A stretch of DNA of 64,000 bases from Halomonas sp. ML-15 (GTDB lineage: Bacteria > Pseudomonadota > Gammaproteobacteria > Pseudomonadales > Halomonadaceae), in NCBI RefSeq assembly GCF_014779595.1, contig NZ_JACXZT010000009.1, positions 3,378 to 67,377 on the forward strand, written 5' to 3'. Made by a program: the position numbers and the translations under genes. The first letter of the stretch is position 1. Each line of letters begins with the position of its first letter. This document shows, in pieces, positions 39,969 to 50,959 of this stretch. Under the pieces are notes generated by a model. It did not search any database. It was not told the DNA's origin and saw only the letters and a list, made by a program, of their open reading frames with translations.

Positions 39969-41430
39969 GGTCGAGCGGCAGTGCCCAATAGCACGCCACG
40001 CGATTGCGGCCGGCATGCTTGGCCGCATACAGCGCCTGGTCGGCCTGGGCGGTGGCCAGTGCCTGGGTGTGCCGCAGGTCGCTATGCGGGGTGAGCTTGG
40101 CGATGCCCAGGCTCACCGTCATCGACACGCTGCCGTGCTGGCCCACCGCGCTCTCGAGCTGAAAGGGGGACGCGTCGATACGCTGTCTCAGACGCTCCCC
40201 CAGCCGAAACACATCGTCGTCGCACATACCGCTTACCACCAGCGCAAACTCCTCGCCACCGAGTCGTGCCAGTCCATCCTCTGGGCGTAGTTCGCGGGCC
40301 AGGCGCTGGGTCAACAGGCGCAACAGAGCGTCGCCGGCAGGGTGACCGCAGCGATCATTGACCTGCTTGAAGTAGTCGATATCGACCAGTATCAGGTGGT
40401 GCCCCTCCTGGCGCGCTAGCGCCGCTCCAAGGTGCCGTCCCAGCCCGCGGCGATTCAGTACTCCGGTCAGATCGTCGTACTCGGCGGCGGTCTGCGCCTG
40501 CTCCTCGCCGAGCTTGCGCTGGCTGATATCAATGGCCAGGCCGGCCAGCCCGCGCCAGCCACCACTGTCATCGGGGATCGCTTCGATGACTATCTCATGC
40601 CAGCAGAGCGCGCCGTCGGCGGTATACAGGCGGACGTCCAGCCGCCAGCTGTGCTGGTTGGTGTGCTTGCCGGTGCGCAACAGCTGCCAAAACCGCTGCC
40701 GGTCGCCGGCGTCAATGCTGCGCAGCAGCCGGCGCAGCGAGAGGCGCGCATAGCGTTCGGGGTAGCCAAGGGTGCGCAGCAGGCTGCGCGAGCACCAGGT
40801 CGAACGGCGCCGTAGTTCGACCTCCCAGATACCGCAGTCGGTGACGCGCTGCAGCAGCTCGATCTGGCGGCGTCGGCTAGTCAATCGATGGCGGTAGATG
40901 GCGGAGGCGATCAGCTCGGCGGCGACGGTCAGGGCGTTGAGGCCGGCGCCTTCCCAGCGCAGCGAGCGCTCGCAGTCGTCGATGCCCAGGGTGCCCCACC
41001 ACTGGCCGTCGACCATGATCGGCACGGTTACCATCGAGGCGATGCCCTGCCCCTGAAGGTTGCTGCGCAGGGTGCCGGCCGGCATGTCGTCGATGACGAA
41101 GCGCTGCGACTCGCCGCGCTGTCTTTCGCGGACCAGCTGCCGGTAGACAGGGTCATCAAAGTCCGAGGTGAAGAAGCGGAAGTGCTTGTGGGTTAGCTGA
41201 CGGTAGTGCGGGGCCGCGGCCCATTCGAAGACGTAGTCTTGCACCACGCCATGGTCGTTGATCTCGAGGAGCTGGAAGATCCACACCCGGCTGGCGCCGG
41301 AGGCCAGGCCGAGTGCCTCGAGGAGCTGGTCGACGCCGTCCGACCAGAAATGGGCGTCGATCAGAGCCCGGCTGCCGCGCGCCAGCGCAGCGAGCAGACG
41401 GGTGTCATCCGGGGTGGCAGGTGCCGGCAT
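39946..41430 (-). CDS. GAF-PAS-GGDEF diguanylate cyclase
   Basis: GGEEF active-site motif. RxxD-like I-site region. N-terminal GAF-like and PAS-like regions. Confidence 0.85.
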   Translation of the reverse strand: MPAPATPDDTRLLAALARGSRALIDAHFWSDGVDQLLEALGLASGASRVWIFQLLEINDHGVVQDYVFEWAAAPHYRQLTHKHFRFFTSDFDDPVYRQLVRERQRGESQRFVIDDMPAGTLRSNLQGQGIASMVTVPIMVDGQWWGTLGIDDCERSLRWEGAGLNALTVAAELIASAIYRHRLTSRRRQIELLQRVTDCGIWEVELRRRSTWCSRSLLRTLGYPERYARLSLRRLLRSIDAGDRQRFWQLLRTGKHTNQHSWRLDVRLYTADGALCWHEIVIEAIPDDSGGWRGLAGLAIDISQRKLGEEQAQTAAEYDDLTGVLNRRGLGRHLGAALARQEGHHLILVDIDYFKQVNDRCGHPAGDALLRLLTQRLARELRPEDGLARLGGEEFALVVSGMCDDDVFRLGERLRQRIDASPFQLESAVGQHGSVSMTVSLGIAKLTPHSDLRHTQALATAQADQALYAAKHAGRNRVACYWALPLDLSGPESG

Positions 41431-41481
41431 GGCGGGCAGCTCGTGAATCGGGTGATAGCGCTATCATAACAGAGCCGCGGC

Positions 41482-42072
41482 TCAGTCGAGCGGCGTGATG
41501 CTGGCCGGCGTCAACGCCGGGCGGTCGCGGTGCGCGCCGAGGGGCTGGCCAGCAAGGGCCGTGAGCAGGATCTGCAACGGATCGCCGTGGCTGACCAGCA
41601 GGATCGTCGCGTCGCGGTGCGACTCCTCGAGTTCCATGATCACCGCCTGGAGGCGTTCGGCGACGCTGGCGACGCTCTCCACGCCGTAGTCGTTATGCGT
41701 TGGGTCCTGAGCGTCCAGCGCCCAGACGGCGGGGTAGTGGCTGTCTGCCTGGCGCTCCAGGCTGCCGAAGTGGCGCTCACGCAGCCGCACCTCGGGTCTC
41801 ATGTCGAGGCCAAAATGGCCGGCGACCCAGGCGGCCGTCTCGCTGGTGCGGAGGAAGTCGGAATGGACGATGAGGGTCGGTGCCGGCCAGTCCCATTCGG
41901 CGACCTTCTGCTCGAGCTGTGACTGGCCGAGGGGTGAGAGCCCGAAGCCGTTGAGCCCGTTGTCGGGATGGCTAATGATCAGCCCTTGCTGATTGGCCTG
42001 GCTGTGACCGTGGCGCATCAGCAGGTAGCGGTTTCGCCAGGCCGCCGGAGGGCGCGGTAAAGTGTTTGACAT
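41482..42072 (-). CDS. Histidine phosphatase (phosphoglycerate-mutase-like) family protein
   Basis: LMRHGHSQAN catalytic RHG motif. Confidence 0.8.
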   Translation of the reverse strand: MSNTLPRPPAAWRNRYLLMRHGHSQANQQGLIISHPDNGLNGFGLSPLGQSQLEQKVAEWDWPAPTLIVHSDFLRTSETAAWVAGHFGLDMRPEVRLRERHFGSLERQADSHYPAVWALDAQDPTHNDYGVESVASVAERLQAVIMELEESHRDATILLVSHGDPLQILLTALAGQPLGAHRDRPALTPASITPLD

Positions 42073-42210
42073 GCGATTGTCATAAAACCTAGATTGGAAG
42101 TTGTGTTTTCGAAAACAATCATTTTATACGGCTAATGTCGAATTTCGAAAAGCAGTACGCGGTTCTCACTCAGACATTCATAATAAAAAAACAACACAAT
42201 GAGGCACGCC

Positions 42211-43245
42211 ATGAAACATACTACGGCTATATCTGATGTATCCGCTGCTCAAGCGGCCCCCTTCAAGAAACGCCCGCTGGCCTCGCTGGCGCTGATTTCG
42301 CTGCTGCCGTTGGCGATGCTGGCATCGGCCAGCGCCCAGGCCGACTGTCCCCGCGGCGACCTGGACAGCATCTACTGCGATGAAGATGGTGACATGGTCG
42401 CCGATCGTCCAGCGGATGAGTCCGAGTGGGCCAATCCCGATACGCTGATATTCGCCTATACCCCGGTGGAAGATCCAGCTATCTACTCCGATATCTGGCA
42501 GCCGTTCATCGATCACCTGGAAGAGGTGACCGAGCGCGATGTGCGGTTCTTTGCGGTGCAGTCCAACTCGGCCCAAGTCGAGGCGATGCGCAGCGGTCGG
42601 CTGCATATTGCCGGGTTCTCCACCGGGCCGACGCCCTTTGCGGTCAATCTCGCAGGAGCCGTGCCCTTCGCGCTGATGGGCTCCGACGACGGCCAGTTCG
42701 GCTACACCCTGCAGGTCTACACCCACGTAGACTCGGGTATCGACGAGATGGAGGACCTCAAGGGCAAGCGCGTCGCGCACACCTCGCCGACCTCCAACTC
42801 CGGCAACCAGGCGCCGCGGGCGCTGTTCCCGGATCTCGGCGTGGTGCCCGACGAGGACTACGAGGTGGTGTACTCCGGCAGCCACGACCAGTCGATGCTC
42901 GGCGTAGTGGCGCAGGACTATGACGCCGCCCCGGTGGCCTCGGAGGTGGTGGAGCGCATGGCCGCGCGGGGTCTGTATGACCCGGATGAGGTCAAGATCA
43001 TCTTCGAAACCGATCCCTTCCCCACCACCTCCTACAACTACGCCCACAACCTGCATCCCGACCTGGTCGAGAAGATCGAAGAGGCCTTCTTCAGCTTCGA
43101 CTTCGCCGGTACTGCCCTGGGTGAGGAGTTCGAGGGCGTCGACAAGTTCGTGCCCATCAACTACCAGGACAACTGGGAGATGATCCGCACCATCCAGGCG
43201 GCCAACGACGTACGTTATACCCGCGAAGACCTGGACCAGGAGTAA
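42211..43245 (+). CDS. phnD: Phosphonate ABC transporter substrate-binding protein
   Basis: Signal peptide. PhnD-like motifs. Operon with phnC/phnE. Confidence 0.85.
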   Translation: MKHTTAISDVSAAQAAPFKKRPLASLALISLLPLAMLASASAQADCPRGDLDSIYCDEDGDMVADRPADESEWANPDTLIFAYTPVEDPAIYSDIWQPFIDHLEEVTERDVRFFAVQSNSAQVEAMRSGRLHIAGFSTGPTPFAVNLAGAVPFALMGSDDGQFGYTLQVYTHVDSGIDEMEDLKGKRVAHTSPTSNSGNQAPRALFPDLGVVPDEDYEVVYSGSHDQSMLGVVAQDYDAAPVASEVVERMAARGLYDPDEVKIIFETDPFPTTSYNYAHNLHPDLVEKIEEAFFSFDFAGTALGEEFEGVDKFVPINYQDNWEMIRTIQAANDVRYTREDLDQE

Positions 43246-43303
43246 GACGCGCGCCCCGGCCGCTGGCGGCTGGGGCGGTGTGCTCGTCTAGACGAGGTGA
43301 CGG

Positions 43304-44107
43304 ATGCTGGAAATTTCCAATCTGGTCAAGCGATACGGCCACGATGAAGCGGTACTCAAGGGCCTCGACCTGGTGGTGGAGGGCAATAGCGTAGTGGCCA
43401 TCGTCGGCGCCTCGGGGGCCGGCAAGAGCACCATGCTGCGCTGTATCAATCGCCTGGTCGAGCCCACCTCGGGGTCGATCAAGCTCAACGGCAATGAGCT
43501 GGTCAACCTGCGCGGTGGCGCCCTGCGCCGGGCGCGGCGCAAGATCGGCATGGTCTTTCAGGGCTTCAACCTGATCGACCGACTGACGGTAATGGAGAAC
43601 GTGCTGGCCGGCCGGCTGGGTTACGTCAGCCTCTACCAGGCCATCTCGCGGCGCTATCCCCAGGCCGATATCGAGCGCGCCTTCAGCCTGATGGAGCGCG
43701 TGGGTATCGCCCATTACGCCAACAAGCGCGCCGACGAGCTCTCCGGCGGTGAGCGTCAGCGGGTCGGGGTGGTGCGGGCGCTGATGCAGGAGCCGGAGGT
43801 GCTTCTGGCCGACGAGCCCACCGCCTCGCTGGATCCTCGCACCTCCGAGCAGATCATGGTGCTGCTGCAGAGCCTGGCAAGCGAGCTGTCGCTGCCGGTG
43901 CTGATCAATATTCACAACGTGGCCCAGGCCAAGACCTATACCGAGCGTATCGTGGGCCTACGCCACGGCAAGATGATCTTCGACGGTGTCCCCGCCGATT
44001 TCACCAAAGAGGCGCTGGATGCCATCTACGGTGGTATCGAGGCGCCCGAGGATGGCAGCAGTGAGGCGCCACCAGCCGCCGCGGGGGTGAGTCATGACCA
44101 GGCCTGA
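43304..44107 (+). CDS. phnC: Phosphonate ABC transporter ATP-binding protein
   Basis: GASGAGKST Walker A. LSGGERQRVGVVRAL signature. Confidence 0.9.
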   Translation: MLEISNLVKRYGHDEAVLKGLDLVVEGNSVVAIVGASGAGKSTMLRCINRLVEPTSGSIKLNGNELVNLRGGALRRARRKIGMVFQGFNLIDRLTVMENVLAGRLGYVSLYQAISRRYPQADIERAFSLMERVGIAHYANKRADELSGGERQRVGVVRALMQEPEVLLADEPTASLDPRTSEQIMVLLQSLASELSLPVLINIHNVAQAKTYTERIVGLRHGKMIFDGVPADFTKEALDAIYGGIEAPEDGSSEAPPAAAGVSHDQA

Positions 44108-44909
44108 CGCCAGCGCTACCGCGCCGGCCAGGACCTGGCGCAAGCCACCCTTTATCGCCAATCCCTGGCTACGCTACGGCCTGTGGCTGGTGGTGGTGGT
44201 CTATCTGGTCTGGGCCTTCGGCAGCCTGCCGTTCAACTGGGAGCGGATCAGTGAGGGCCTGCCGCGGGCGGCGCGGATTTTCGGCGGTGGCTTTCCACCA
44301 AGCTTCGAGCGCGGCGGCCTGCTGCTGACCGGCTTCAAGGAGAGCTTCCAGATCGCCATCCTGGCCACCCTGCTCGGGGTGGCGCTGTCGATTCCGTTTG
44401 CGGTAATGGCGGCTCGCAACGTCGCGCCGCTGCCTGTCTACCTGTTTGGCCGCGCGGTGATCATCGTGTCGCGCAGCTTTCACCCGGTGATCGTTGCCAT
44501 CCTGTTCGTCGCTGCGGTGGGCTTCGGCCCGCTTGCCGGCATCCTCACGCTGACGCTCTATTCGATCGGCTTCGTCGGCAAGCTGCTTGCCGAAGAGATC
44601 GAGGAGATCGACTGGGGCCAGGTAGAGGCGATGCGTGCCACCGGTGCCGGCTATATGGCGACGCTGTTCTATGCGGTCTTCCCGCAGATCCTGCCGCGCC
44701 AGGTGGGGCTCTCGATGTACCAGCTCGACAGCAATCTGCGCGCCTCGGCGGTGGTCGGCATCGTCGGTGCCGGGGGCATCGGCGGCACCCTGATGAACGC
44801 CTTCGGGCGCTACGACTACGACTTCGCGTTCGCCATCCTGCTGATCATCATCGCGGTGATCCTGGTCAGCGAGGGCATCAGCGGCTGGGTGAGGAAGAAG
44901 ATATGGTAG
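44094..44909 (+). CDS. phnE: Phosphonate ABC transporter permease
   Basis: PhnE-type permease. Overlaps phnC stop. Confidence 0.85.
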   Translation: MTRPDASATAPARTWRKPPFIANPWLRYGLWLVVVVYLVWAFGSLPFNWERISEGLPRAARIFGGGFPPSFERGGLLLTGFKESFQIAILATLLGVALSIPFAVMAARNVAPLPVYLFGRAVIIVSRSFHPVIVAILFVAAVGFGPLAGILTLTLYSIGFVGKLLAEEIEEIDWGQVEAMRATGAGYMATLFYAVFPQILPRQVGLSMYQLDSNLRASAVVGIVGAGGIGGTLMNAFGRYDYDFAFAILLIIIAVILVSEGISGWVRKKIW

Positions 44910-45712
44910 ATCACGCCACACTGCTGGCCGACCGCGTCTGGCAACGCTACGACCGCAAGGAGCGCCTGATCCGCTACGCCGTGCTGCTGGTAACGATGAT
45001 GGTGGTCTATTGGGCGGTGCGCGATATCGACATCTTCTGGCCCTGGGTGTGGGACGCCCCTAACCAGATCTCGAGTCTCGGGGCACGCATGTGGCCGCCG
45101 GATCCGAGCCGGCTGGCAGCGATCGTCAATGCCATGATCGAGACCGTGCATATCGCCACCCTGGCGACCCTGCTGACCATTTTCGTGGCCCTGCCGGTGT
45201 CGTACATTGCCGCGCAGAACACCACCCCCAACCGCTTTTGCCTGTGGCTGGGGCGCTTCATCCTGGTCTCCAGCCGCTCGGTCAACACCATCATCTGGGC
45301 GCTGCTGTTCGTGGCCATCTTCGGCCCCGGGGTGCTGGCCGGGATCCTGGCGATCATGTTTCGCTCGATCGGCTTTATCGGCAAGCTGATGGGGGAGGCG
45401 ATCGAGGAGATCGACCGCCGACCGGTAGAGGCCATGGAGGCCACCGGCGCCTCCAAGGCCAAGGTGATCGCTTACGCCATCGTGCCCCAGGTGATGCCGG
45501 CGTTCTTCGCCATCGTGATCCTGCGCTGGGACATCAATATTCGCGAGTCGACGGTGCTTGGGCTGGTGGGGGCCGGCGGCATCGGGGTGATCCTGCAGGG
45601 CTCCATCGACACCTTTGCCTGGCCCACGGTAGCCACCATCCTGATTGCCATCGTGATCCTGGTACTGATCGGCGAGGCGATCACCAGTCTGCTGCGCCGC
45701 AAGGTGCTGTGA
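44903..45712 (+). CDS. phnE: Phosphonate ABC transporter permease (second copy)
   Basis: Paralog of the preceding permease. Overlapping start. Confidence 0.85.
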   Translation: MVDHATLLADRVWQRYDRKERLIRYAVLLVTMMVVYWAVRDIDIFWPWVWDAPNQISSLGARMWPPDPSRLAAIVNAMIETVHIATLATLLTIFVALPVSYIAAQNTTPNRFCLWLGRFILVSSRSVNTIIWALLFVAIFGPGVLAGILAIMFRSIGFIGKLMGEAIEEIDRRPVEAMEATGASKAKVIAYAIVPQVMPAFFAIVILRWDINIRESTVLGLVGAGGIGVILQGSIDTFAWPTVATILIAIVILVLIGEAITSLLRRKVL

Positions 45713-45737
45713 CGCAGCAGCTCATCGCAGGCATGGC

Positions 45738-46226
45738 CTACAGGTGTGGCTCCTGACGTGCCGACGGCTCGGGGGGTGCGCTGTTGGCAGCCAGGTCGAG
45801 GGTCGGCTCGTCGACGCCTCGGCGGCGCGCCCGGGTGACTCGCGCGCTACCGACGACGCCATCCTCTACCTGCACCTCGCGGGCCTGACTGGTCCAGGCA
45901 TCCTGGCTGTCATGAACGGCCGGGCGGCGCTCGAAGGAACGCGTGACCACGGCGCTGGGGGCGAAGCCGCCCCGTGCCTGGCCGAGATGATGTGGCAATA
46001 GCCACAGCTCGGCCATCAGGCGCACCGCGACCATTGCCAGCAGCAGTGCACCGCCGCCCAGGCTCAGGGCCGGCCAGGCATCGGCCCAGCTGGCGCCGCT
46101 CAGCCATGGAGTTTGCGGCGCCAGCCATAGTGCCGCACCGACCACCAGGCCGACTTGCAGCAGCAGATGGCACGAGAGCAGGGTCGCGCGTGCCAGCGGC
46201 GCACGGGGAAACAGGAACTGACGCAT
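45738..46226 (-). CDS. Questionable ORF (possible 2-TM protein)
   Basis: Only an ORF in a high-GC background. No motif. Confidence 0.25.
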   Translation of the reverse strand: MRQFLFPRAPLARATLLSCHLLLQVGLVVGAALWLAPQTPWLSGASWADAWPALSLGGGALLLAMVAVRLMAELWLLPHHLGQARGGFAPSAVVTRSFERRPAVHDSQDAWTSQAREVQVEDGVVGSARVTRARRRGVDEPTLDLAANSAPPEPSARQEPHL

Positions 46227-46430
46227 GGGAAAACCTCCTGGTTAGCGGGCGCATGGATGCGCGCGGGTTGCGCCGACCTCCGTGCCGGCGCTCAGATGCT
46301 ACCCCAGTTAGTGGGCGGCGTCAGTTCTTTGCGGGGCGGTTGACCCACTGCCATGGGCTTGCCACTCTCAATGCAGGGGGTGGCGATTGGCCGCTGCCTC
46401 CTTCCCTAGGGCTACCGCCAAGGAGACACG

Positions 46431-46859
46431 ATGACGACCTATATCGTAGTGGCAGATGCAGCCAGGGCACGCTTATTCACTCGCGATGCGCTGACACTGC
46501 AAGAGCAGGAAAGTCTGGTACACGCCGAAGGTCGCCTCCATGAGGGGGATCTGGTGACCGACAACGGCGCTGATGTGCACGAGTCGACCTCGACGACGTC
46601 ACGCTCCTCGGGGGGCGAGAATACGGCGTCACAGCACCAGGCTGAAATCTTTGCCAAGCAGGTGGCCGGACGGCTTTACCAGGCGCGTGTCGATAATAGC
46701 CTGGAGAAGCTGATCCTGGTCGCTCCGCCCAAGTTTCTCGGCCTGTTGCGCGACAAGCTCGACGGCCCCACCGCCAAACGGGTCATCCACTCGCTGTCCA
46801 AGGATCTTTCCAAGGCGTCGCTGGGCGACATTCAGCATGCCGTCAGCGACATGCGCTGA
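46431..46859 (+). CDS. Host-attachment-protein-like (Hap) family protein
   Basis: MTTYIVVADAARARLF N-terminus typical of the family. Confidence 0.65.
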   Translation: MTTYIVVADAARARLFTRDALTLQEQESLVHAEGRLHEGDLVTDNGADVHESTSTTSRSSGGENTASQHQAEIFAKQVAGRLYQARVDNSLEKLILVAPPKFLGLLRDKLDGPTAKRVIHSLSKDLSKASLGDIQHAVSDMR

Positions 46860-46976
46860 TAGAGATATCTTCTTAGTCTAAAGTATGGGGCGCGTCTGCC
46901 GATAACGTGATTTCCACGTCGGCGCATGGTTGCCATGCGTCGGTGAGTCTTGACTCACGATCAGCGAGAGCGCCCC

Positions 46977-48863
46977 ATGTTATCTTCCCTGCGAGCCCGC
47001 CTTTTGATTGCCACGCTGCTGGTGATCGTCCTGGCCCTGACGGCCAACGGTGTGGCCAGTTACCTTACCGTCAAATCGCATAACGACGAGCAAGTTGCTC
47101 GAAACCTCGATGCTGTGGCCAGCAGTAATGCCCGTGCCATCGATGAGTGGTTGTCGGCGCGCATTACCATGCTGCAGGCCGTGGAGTCTGGCGCCCAGAG
47201 CGATTCGCCCATGGATGCCCTGGTACAGCTGGAAGCCTCGGGTGGCTTTCTGGCGACCTATATTGCCGATGAGCGCAGTGGGCATATGGTGTCATCTGAT
47301 GGTTGGGAACCGCCCGCCGACTATGATCCGCGTGAACGCCCCTGGTATCGCGAGGCCAAAGCGGCCGGCGATACGGTCATCACTGAGCCCTATATCGATG
47401 CGGGTACCGACCAACTGGTGGTGACCATTGCACAACCCTTCTACCGCTCTGGCACTCTCTCCGCGGTGGTGGGGGGCAACATCGTCATCGACGATGTGGT
47501 CGAGAGCGTGGCCGCTATTGCTCCCACCCCCTCTAGCTTCGCCTTCCTCGCTAGTGCCGACGGCACCGTGGTAGCGCATTCCGATGCGGAGCAGATTCTC
47601 GCGCCTAGCACCGACTTGGCCGCGGAGCTCGATGCCGGTTATCTGCAGACACTGCTTGAGCGCGATGCACCAAGGCGTTTGATGATGAACGATCGCCCAC
47701 GTCTTTTGCAGGCCCACCCGGTGTCGTCAGGGAGTGATTGGCAGCTGGTCATCGCCCTCGATGAACATGAGGCCACCGCCGGTCTGCGCGGGGTGCTGAC
47801 CAGCTCCCTGATCACGCTGGTCCTGGTGGGGTTGGCCGCGACTCTGGCGCTGGGGGCGCTGCTCAAGGTCATGCTGCGTCGCCTGCAGGGGGCCCGCGAT
47901 GCGATGGATAATATCGCCTCCGGCGAGGGCGATCTGACCCAGCGCCTGCCCGAAGAGGGGCGTGACGAGGTGGCGCAAATCGCGGCGGCATTCAACCGTT
48001 TCGTGGCCAAGATGGAGGCGGTGCTGATCGATGTGCGCGGCAGCAGCGAGGCGGTCAACAGCGCCGCCAGCGAGATCACCCTGGGTGGCCAGGACCTGTC
48101 GCGGCGCACCGAGAGCGCGGCCTCGAGCCTGCAGCAGACCTCCGCCTCGATGGAAGAGATCACCAGCACCGTGGAGCACACCGCGGCGTCGGCCCGTGAG
48201 GCCAACCAACTGTCGCAGTCGGCCTCCGAGGTCGCCGGCCGGGGCGGCGAGGTGGTGTCCCAGGTGGTGACGACCATGGACGAGATCACCGAAGCGTCGC
48301 GCAAGATCGGCGCGATCGTCAGCGTCATGGATGGCATCGCCTTCCAGACTAACCTGCTGGCGCTGAACGCCTCGGTGGAGGCGGCGCGGGCCGGTGAGCA
48401 GGGCCGTGGTTTTGCGGTGGTAGCGGCGGAGGTTCGCCAGCTGGCGAGCCGCAGCGCTGACGCCGCCCGCGAGATCAAGACCCTGATCGAGAGTTCGGGC
48501 GCCAAGGTCGACAGCGGCACCCAGCTGGTGCGCACTGCAGGCGAGACCATGGACGACATCGTGACCAGTATCGCGCGGGTTACCGACGTGCTGGGCGAGA
48601 TCACGGCGGCCACGGGGGAGCAGAGCGAGGGCATCGGCCAGGTCAATATTGCGGTGGCCGAGCTCGACCGGACGATCCAGGAGAATGCCGCCATGGTCGA
48701 GGAGTCGACCAGTGCCGCCGAGCAGCTCAAGGCACAGGCCGACCACCTCAGTCAGGCGATTGGCGTGTTCACGCTGTCCGCCTCCAAGACAGCGGTGCCG
48801 GCCGCTCACGCGTTGGCCACAGATGGCGCCAAGGTGACGCGGGAGCTCTCCCATGCAGGCTAG
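46977..48863 (+). CDS. Methyl-accepting chemotaxis protein with double-Cache periplasmic sensor and HAMP
   Basis: TM1, ~270-aa periplasmic domain, TM2, HAMP, conserved MCP signalling domain. Confidence 0.9.
   Translation: MLSSLRARLLIATLLVIVLALTANGVASYLTVKSHNDEQVARNLDAVASSNARAIDEWLSARITMLQAVESGAQSDSPMDALVQLEASGGFLATYIADERSGHMVSSDGWEPPADYDPRERPWYREAKAAGDTVITEPYIDAGTDQLVVTIAQPFYRSGTLSAVVGGNIVIDDVVESVAAIAPTPSSFAFLASADGTVVAHSDAEQILAPSTDLAAELDAGYLQTLLERDAPRRLMMNDRPRLLQAHPVSSGSDWQLVIALDEHEATAGLRGVLTSSLITLVLVGLAATLALGALLKVMLRRLQGARDAMDNIASGEGDLTQRLPEEGRDEVAQIAAAFNRFVAKMEAVLIDVRGSSEAVNSAASEITLGGQDLSRRTESAASSLQQTSASMEEITSTVEHTAASAREANQLSQSASEVAGRGGEVVSQVVTTMDEITEASRKIGAIVSVMDGIAFQTNLLALNASVEAARAGEQGRGFAVVAAEVRQLASRSADAAREIKTLIESSGAKVDSGTQLVRTAGETMDDIVTSIARVTDVLGEITAATGEQSEGIGQVNIAVAELDRTIQENAAMVEESTSAAEQLKAQADHLSQAIGVFTLSASKTAVPAAHALATDGAKVTRELSHAG
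47940..48775 (+). repeat. ~840 bp near-identical MCP signalling-domain repeat, copy 1
   Basis: ~90% aa identity, and long nt-identical stretches, with 50065-50900. Confidence 0.8.
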
Positions 48864-50946
48864 GTCGATTCGTCAGTTCGTGGTCATCCTGGCCGGCGCC
48901 TGCCTGTTGGTCGTGGTGGTGGCACTGGTCAGCTATGCGCTGTACGCCTCATCGCGAACCCAGGCGACCGTCGAGAGCCATACCCGGGAGCTGCTCGAAG
49001 GGGCCGTCGACGAGCGTCTCGCGGCGCTGGCGGATGCCGAAGCGGAGCGCATTCAGCGCCAGCTCGAGCATGCAATGAACCTGGCCACGCAGTTGGCCAA
49101 TACCAATGCGCTGATGGGGCAGCGTGACGATCAGGGGCGTCGGGCGCTAGCGATCAGTCGGCGCGAGCTCTCCAATCTGGTGCGTCAGACGGTGGCCGAC
49201 AATCCCGCGCTGCTTGATGCCTTCATCGGCTGGGAGCCCGATGCCTTCGGCCACGATGCCCTCTATGCCGGTATCGAGCGCGATGGCTACGACGGCAGCG
49301 GACGTTTCATGCCTTGGTGGTATCGCACCGAGTCGGGTGACATCGATGTGTTGCCGCTGGGCGATACCATGGAGAGTGAGGCCTCACAGCCGAATGGGGC
49401 GCGTGAGGGGGAATACTATCTGTGCCCGCGTGAGACCCAGGCACCCTGCATCATCGACCCGGCGCCTTATGACTATGCTGGTGAAACCCTGCTGGTCACC
49501 TCTTTCAACGCGCCGGTGCTGGTCGATGGCGAGTTTCGCGGTGTGGCGGGGGTCGACTTGGCGCTGGATTTCATTCAGGAGCTGCTGGTGGAGGCCAATG
49601 CCGGTCTCTATGACGGTGTCGGTGAGATGATCTTGATCGCCGGAGGTGGTGGCCTGGCCGGACATACCAGCGACGTCGAAGGGCTGGGGGCTGGTGCCGA
49701 TCGAGCGCTGGGAGAGGCCGCGTTGGCCAGCGTCCAACGCGCCCGAAGCGACGCCGATACCGTCAGCGTGGTGGAAGATGGGATGTTCGAGCGTTACCAG
49801 CCCTTCACCATCGGTGGGACCGAGACACCCTGGGTACTGATGGTAAGGCTCCCCGAGGAGGCGGTATTGGCCGAGCTCGAGGCGCTACAGGACACGCTCG
49901 GTGAACAGCGACGTGCCGATGCGCTGGGCATGAGCCTGGTAGGCGTGGTGCTGGCTGCACTGGGCCTGCTGGCGCTGTGGCTGGTGGGCACCAGCATCTC
50001 CCGCCCGCTCAAGCACCTGGCAGAGCGCATGCGCGAGATCGCCTCGGGGGACGGTGATCTCACTCAGCGGCTGCCGGTGAAGGGCCGTGACGAGAGTGCG
50101 GCGTTGGCGACCCAGTTCAACGCCTTCGCTGACAAGATTCATGATGTGCTGGTCGACGTGCGCGGCAGCAGCGCGGCGGTCAATAGCGCCGCCAGCGAGA
50201 TCGCCCACGGCGGCCAGGATCTGTCACGGCGCACCGAGAATGCCGCCTCGAGCCTGCAGCAGACCTCGGCCTCGATGGAGGAGATCACCAGCACCGTGGA
50301 GCACTCCGCGGCCTCAGCCCGGGAGGCAAATCAGCTGTCGCAGTCGGCCTCCGATATCGCCGGCCGTGGCGGTGAGGTGGTCGCCCAGGTGGTGACGACC
50401 ATGGACGAGATCACCGACTCGTCACGCAAGATCGGTGAGATCGTCAATGTCATGGACAGCATCGCCTTCCAGACCAACCTGCTGGCGTTGAACGCCTCGG
50501 TGGAGGCGGCGCGGGCCGGTGAGCAGGGGCGTGGCTTCGCGGTGGTAGCAGCGGAGGTGCGCCAGCTTGCCAGCCGCAGCGCCGACGCCGCCCGCGAGAT
50601 CAAGACCCTGATCGAGGCGTCCAGTCAGCGGGTCGATGCCGGCACCCAACTGGTGCGTACCGCCGGCGAGACCATGCAGGAGATCGTCACCAGCATTGCG
50701 CGGGTCACCGACGTGCTGGGCGAAATCACCGCGGCGGCGGGGGAGCAGAGCGAGGGTATCGGTCAGGTCAACATTGCGGTAGCCGAGCTCGACCGCATGA
50801 TTCAGGAGAACGCTGCGATGGTCGAGGAGTCGACGGTCGGCGCCGAGCAGCTCAAGGAGCAGGCCGAGCGGCTCGACACGGTAATCGGCGGCTTTACGCT
50901 TGCCGAGCACGACGCGGCCAAGCCACTGCTCGAGCGCCCGCGGTGA
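48853..50946 (+). CDS. Methyl-accepting chemotaxis protein, paralog with divergent Cache-type sensor
   Basis: Same architecture. Start overlaps the upstream stop by 11 nt. Confidence 0.9.
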   Translation: MQARSIRQFVVILAGACLLVVVVALVSYALYASSRTQATVESHTRELLEGAVDERLAALADAEAERIQRQLEHAMNLATQLANTNALMGQRDDQGRRALAISRRELSNLVRQTVADNPALLDAFIGWEPDAFGHDALYAGIERDGYDGSGRFMPWWYRTESGDIDVLPLGDTMESEASQPNGAREGEYYLCPRETQAPCIIDPAPYDYAGETLLVTSFNAPVLVDGEFRGVAGVDLALDFIQELLVEANAGLYDGVGEMILIAGGGGLAGHTSDVEGLGAGADRALGEAALASVQRARSDADTVSVVEDGMFERYQPFTIGGTETPWVLMVRLPEEAVLAELEALQDTLGEQRRADALGMSLVGVVLAALGLLALWLVGTSISRPLKHLAERMREIASGDGDLTQRLPVKGRDESAALATQFNAFADKIHDVLVDVRGSSAAVNSAASEIAHGGQDLSRRTENAASSLQQTSASMEEITSTVEHSAASAREANQLSQSASDIAGRGGEVVAQVVTTMDEITDSSRKIGEIVNVMDSIAFQTNLLALNASVEAARAGEQGRGFAVVAAEVRQLASRSADAAREIKTLIEASSQRVDAGTQLVRTAGETMQEIVTSIARVTDVLGEITAAAGEQSEGIGQVNIAVAELDRMIQENAAMVEESTVGAEQLKEQAERLDTVIGGFTLAEHDAAKPLLERPR
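50065..50900 (+). repeat. MCP signalling-domain repeat, copy 2
   Basis: See 47940-48775. Confidence 0.8.
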
Positions 50947-50959
50947 GCCGGGCACTGCC

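Noticed and set aside
45738-46226. 162-aa ORF as a real membrane-protein gene
   Set aside because: No motif, Ala/Leu/Arg-rich as expected for random high-GC ORFs. Retained only at low confidence.
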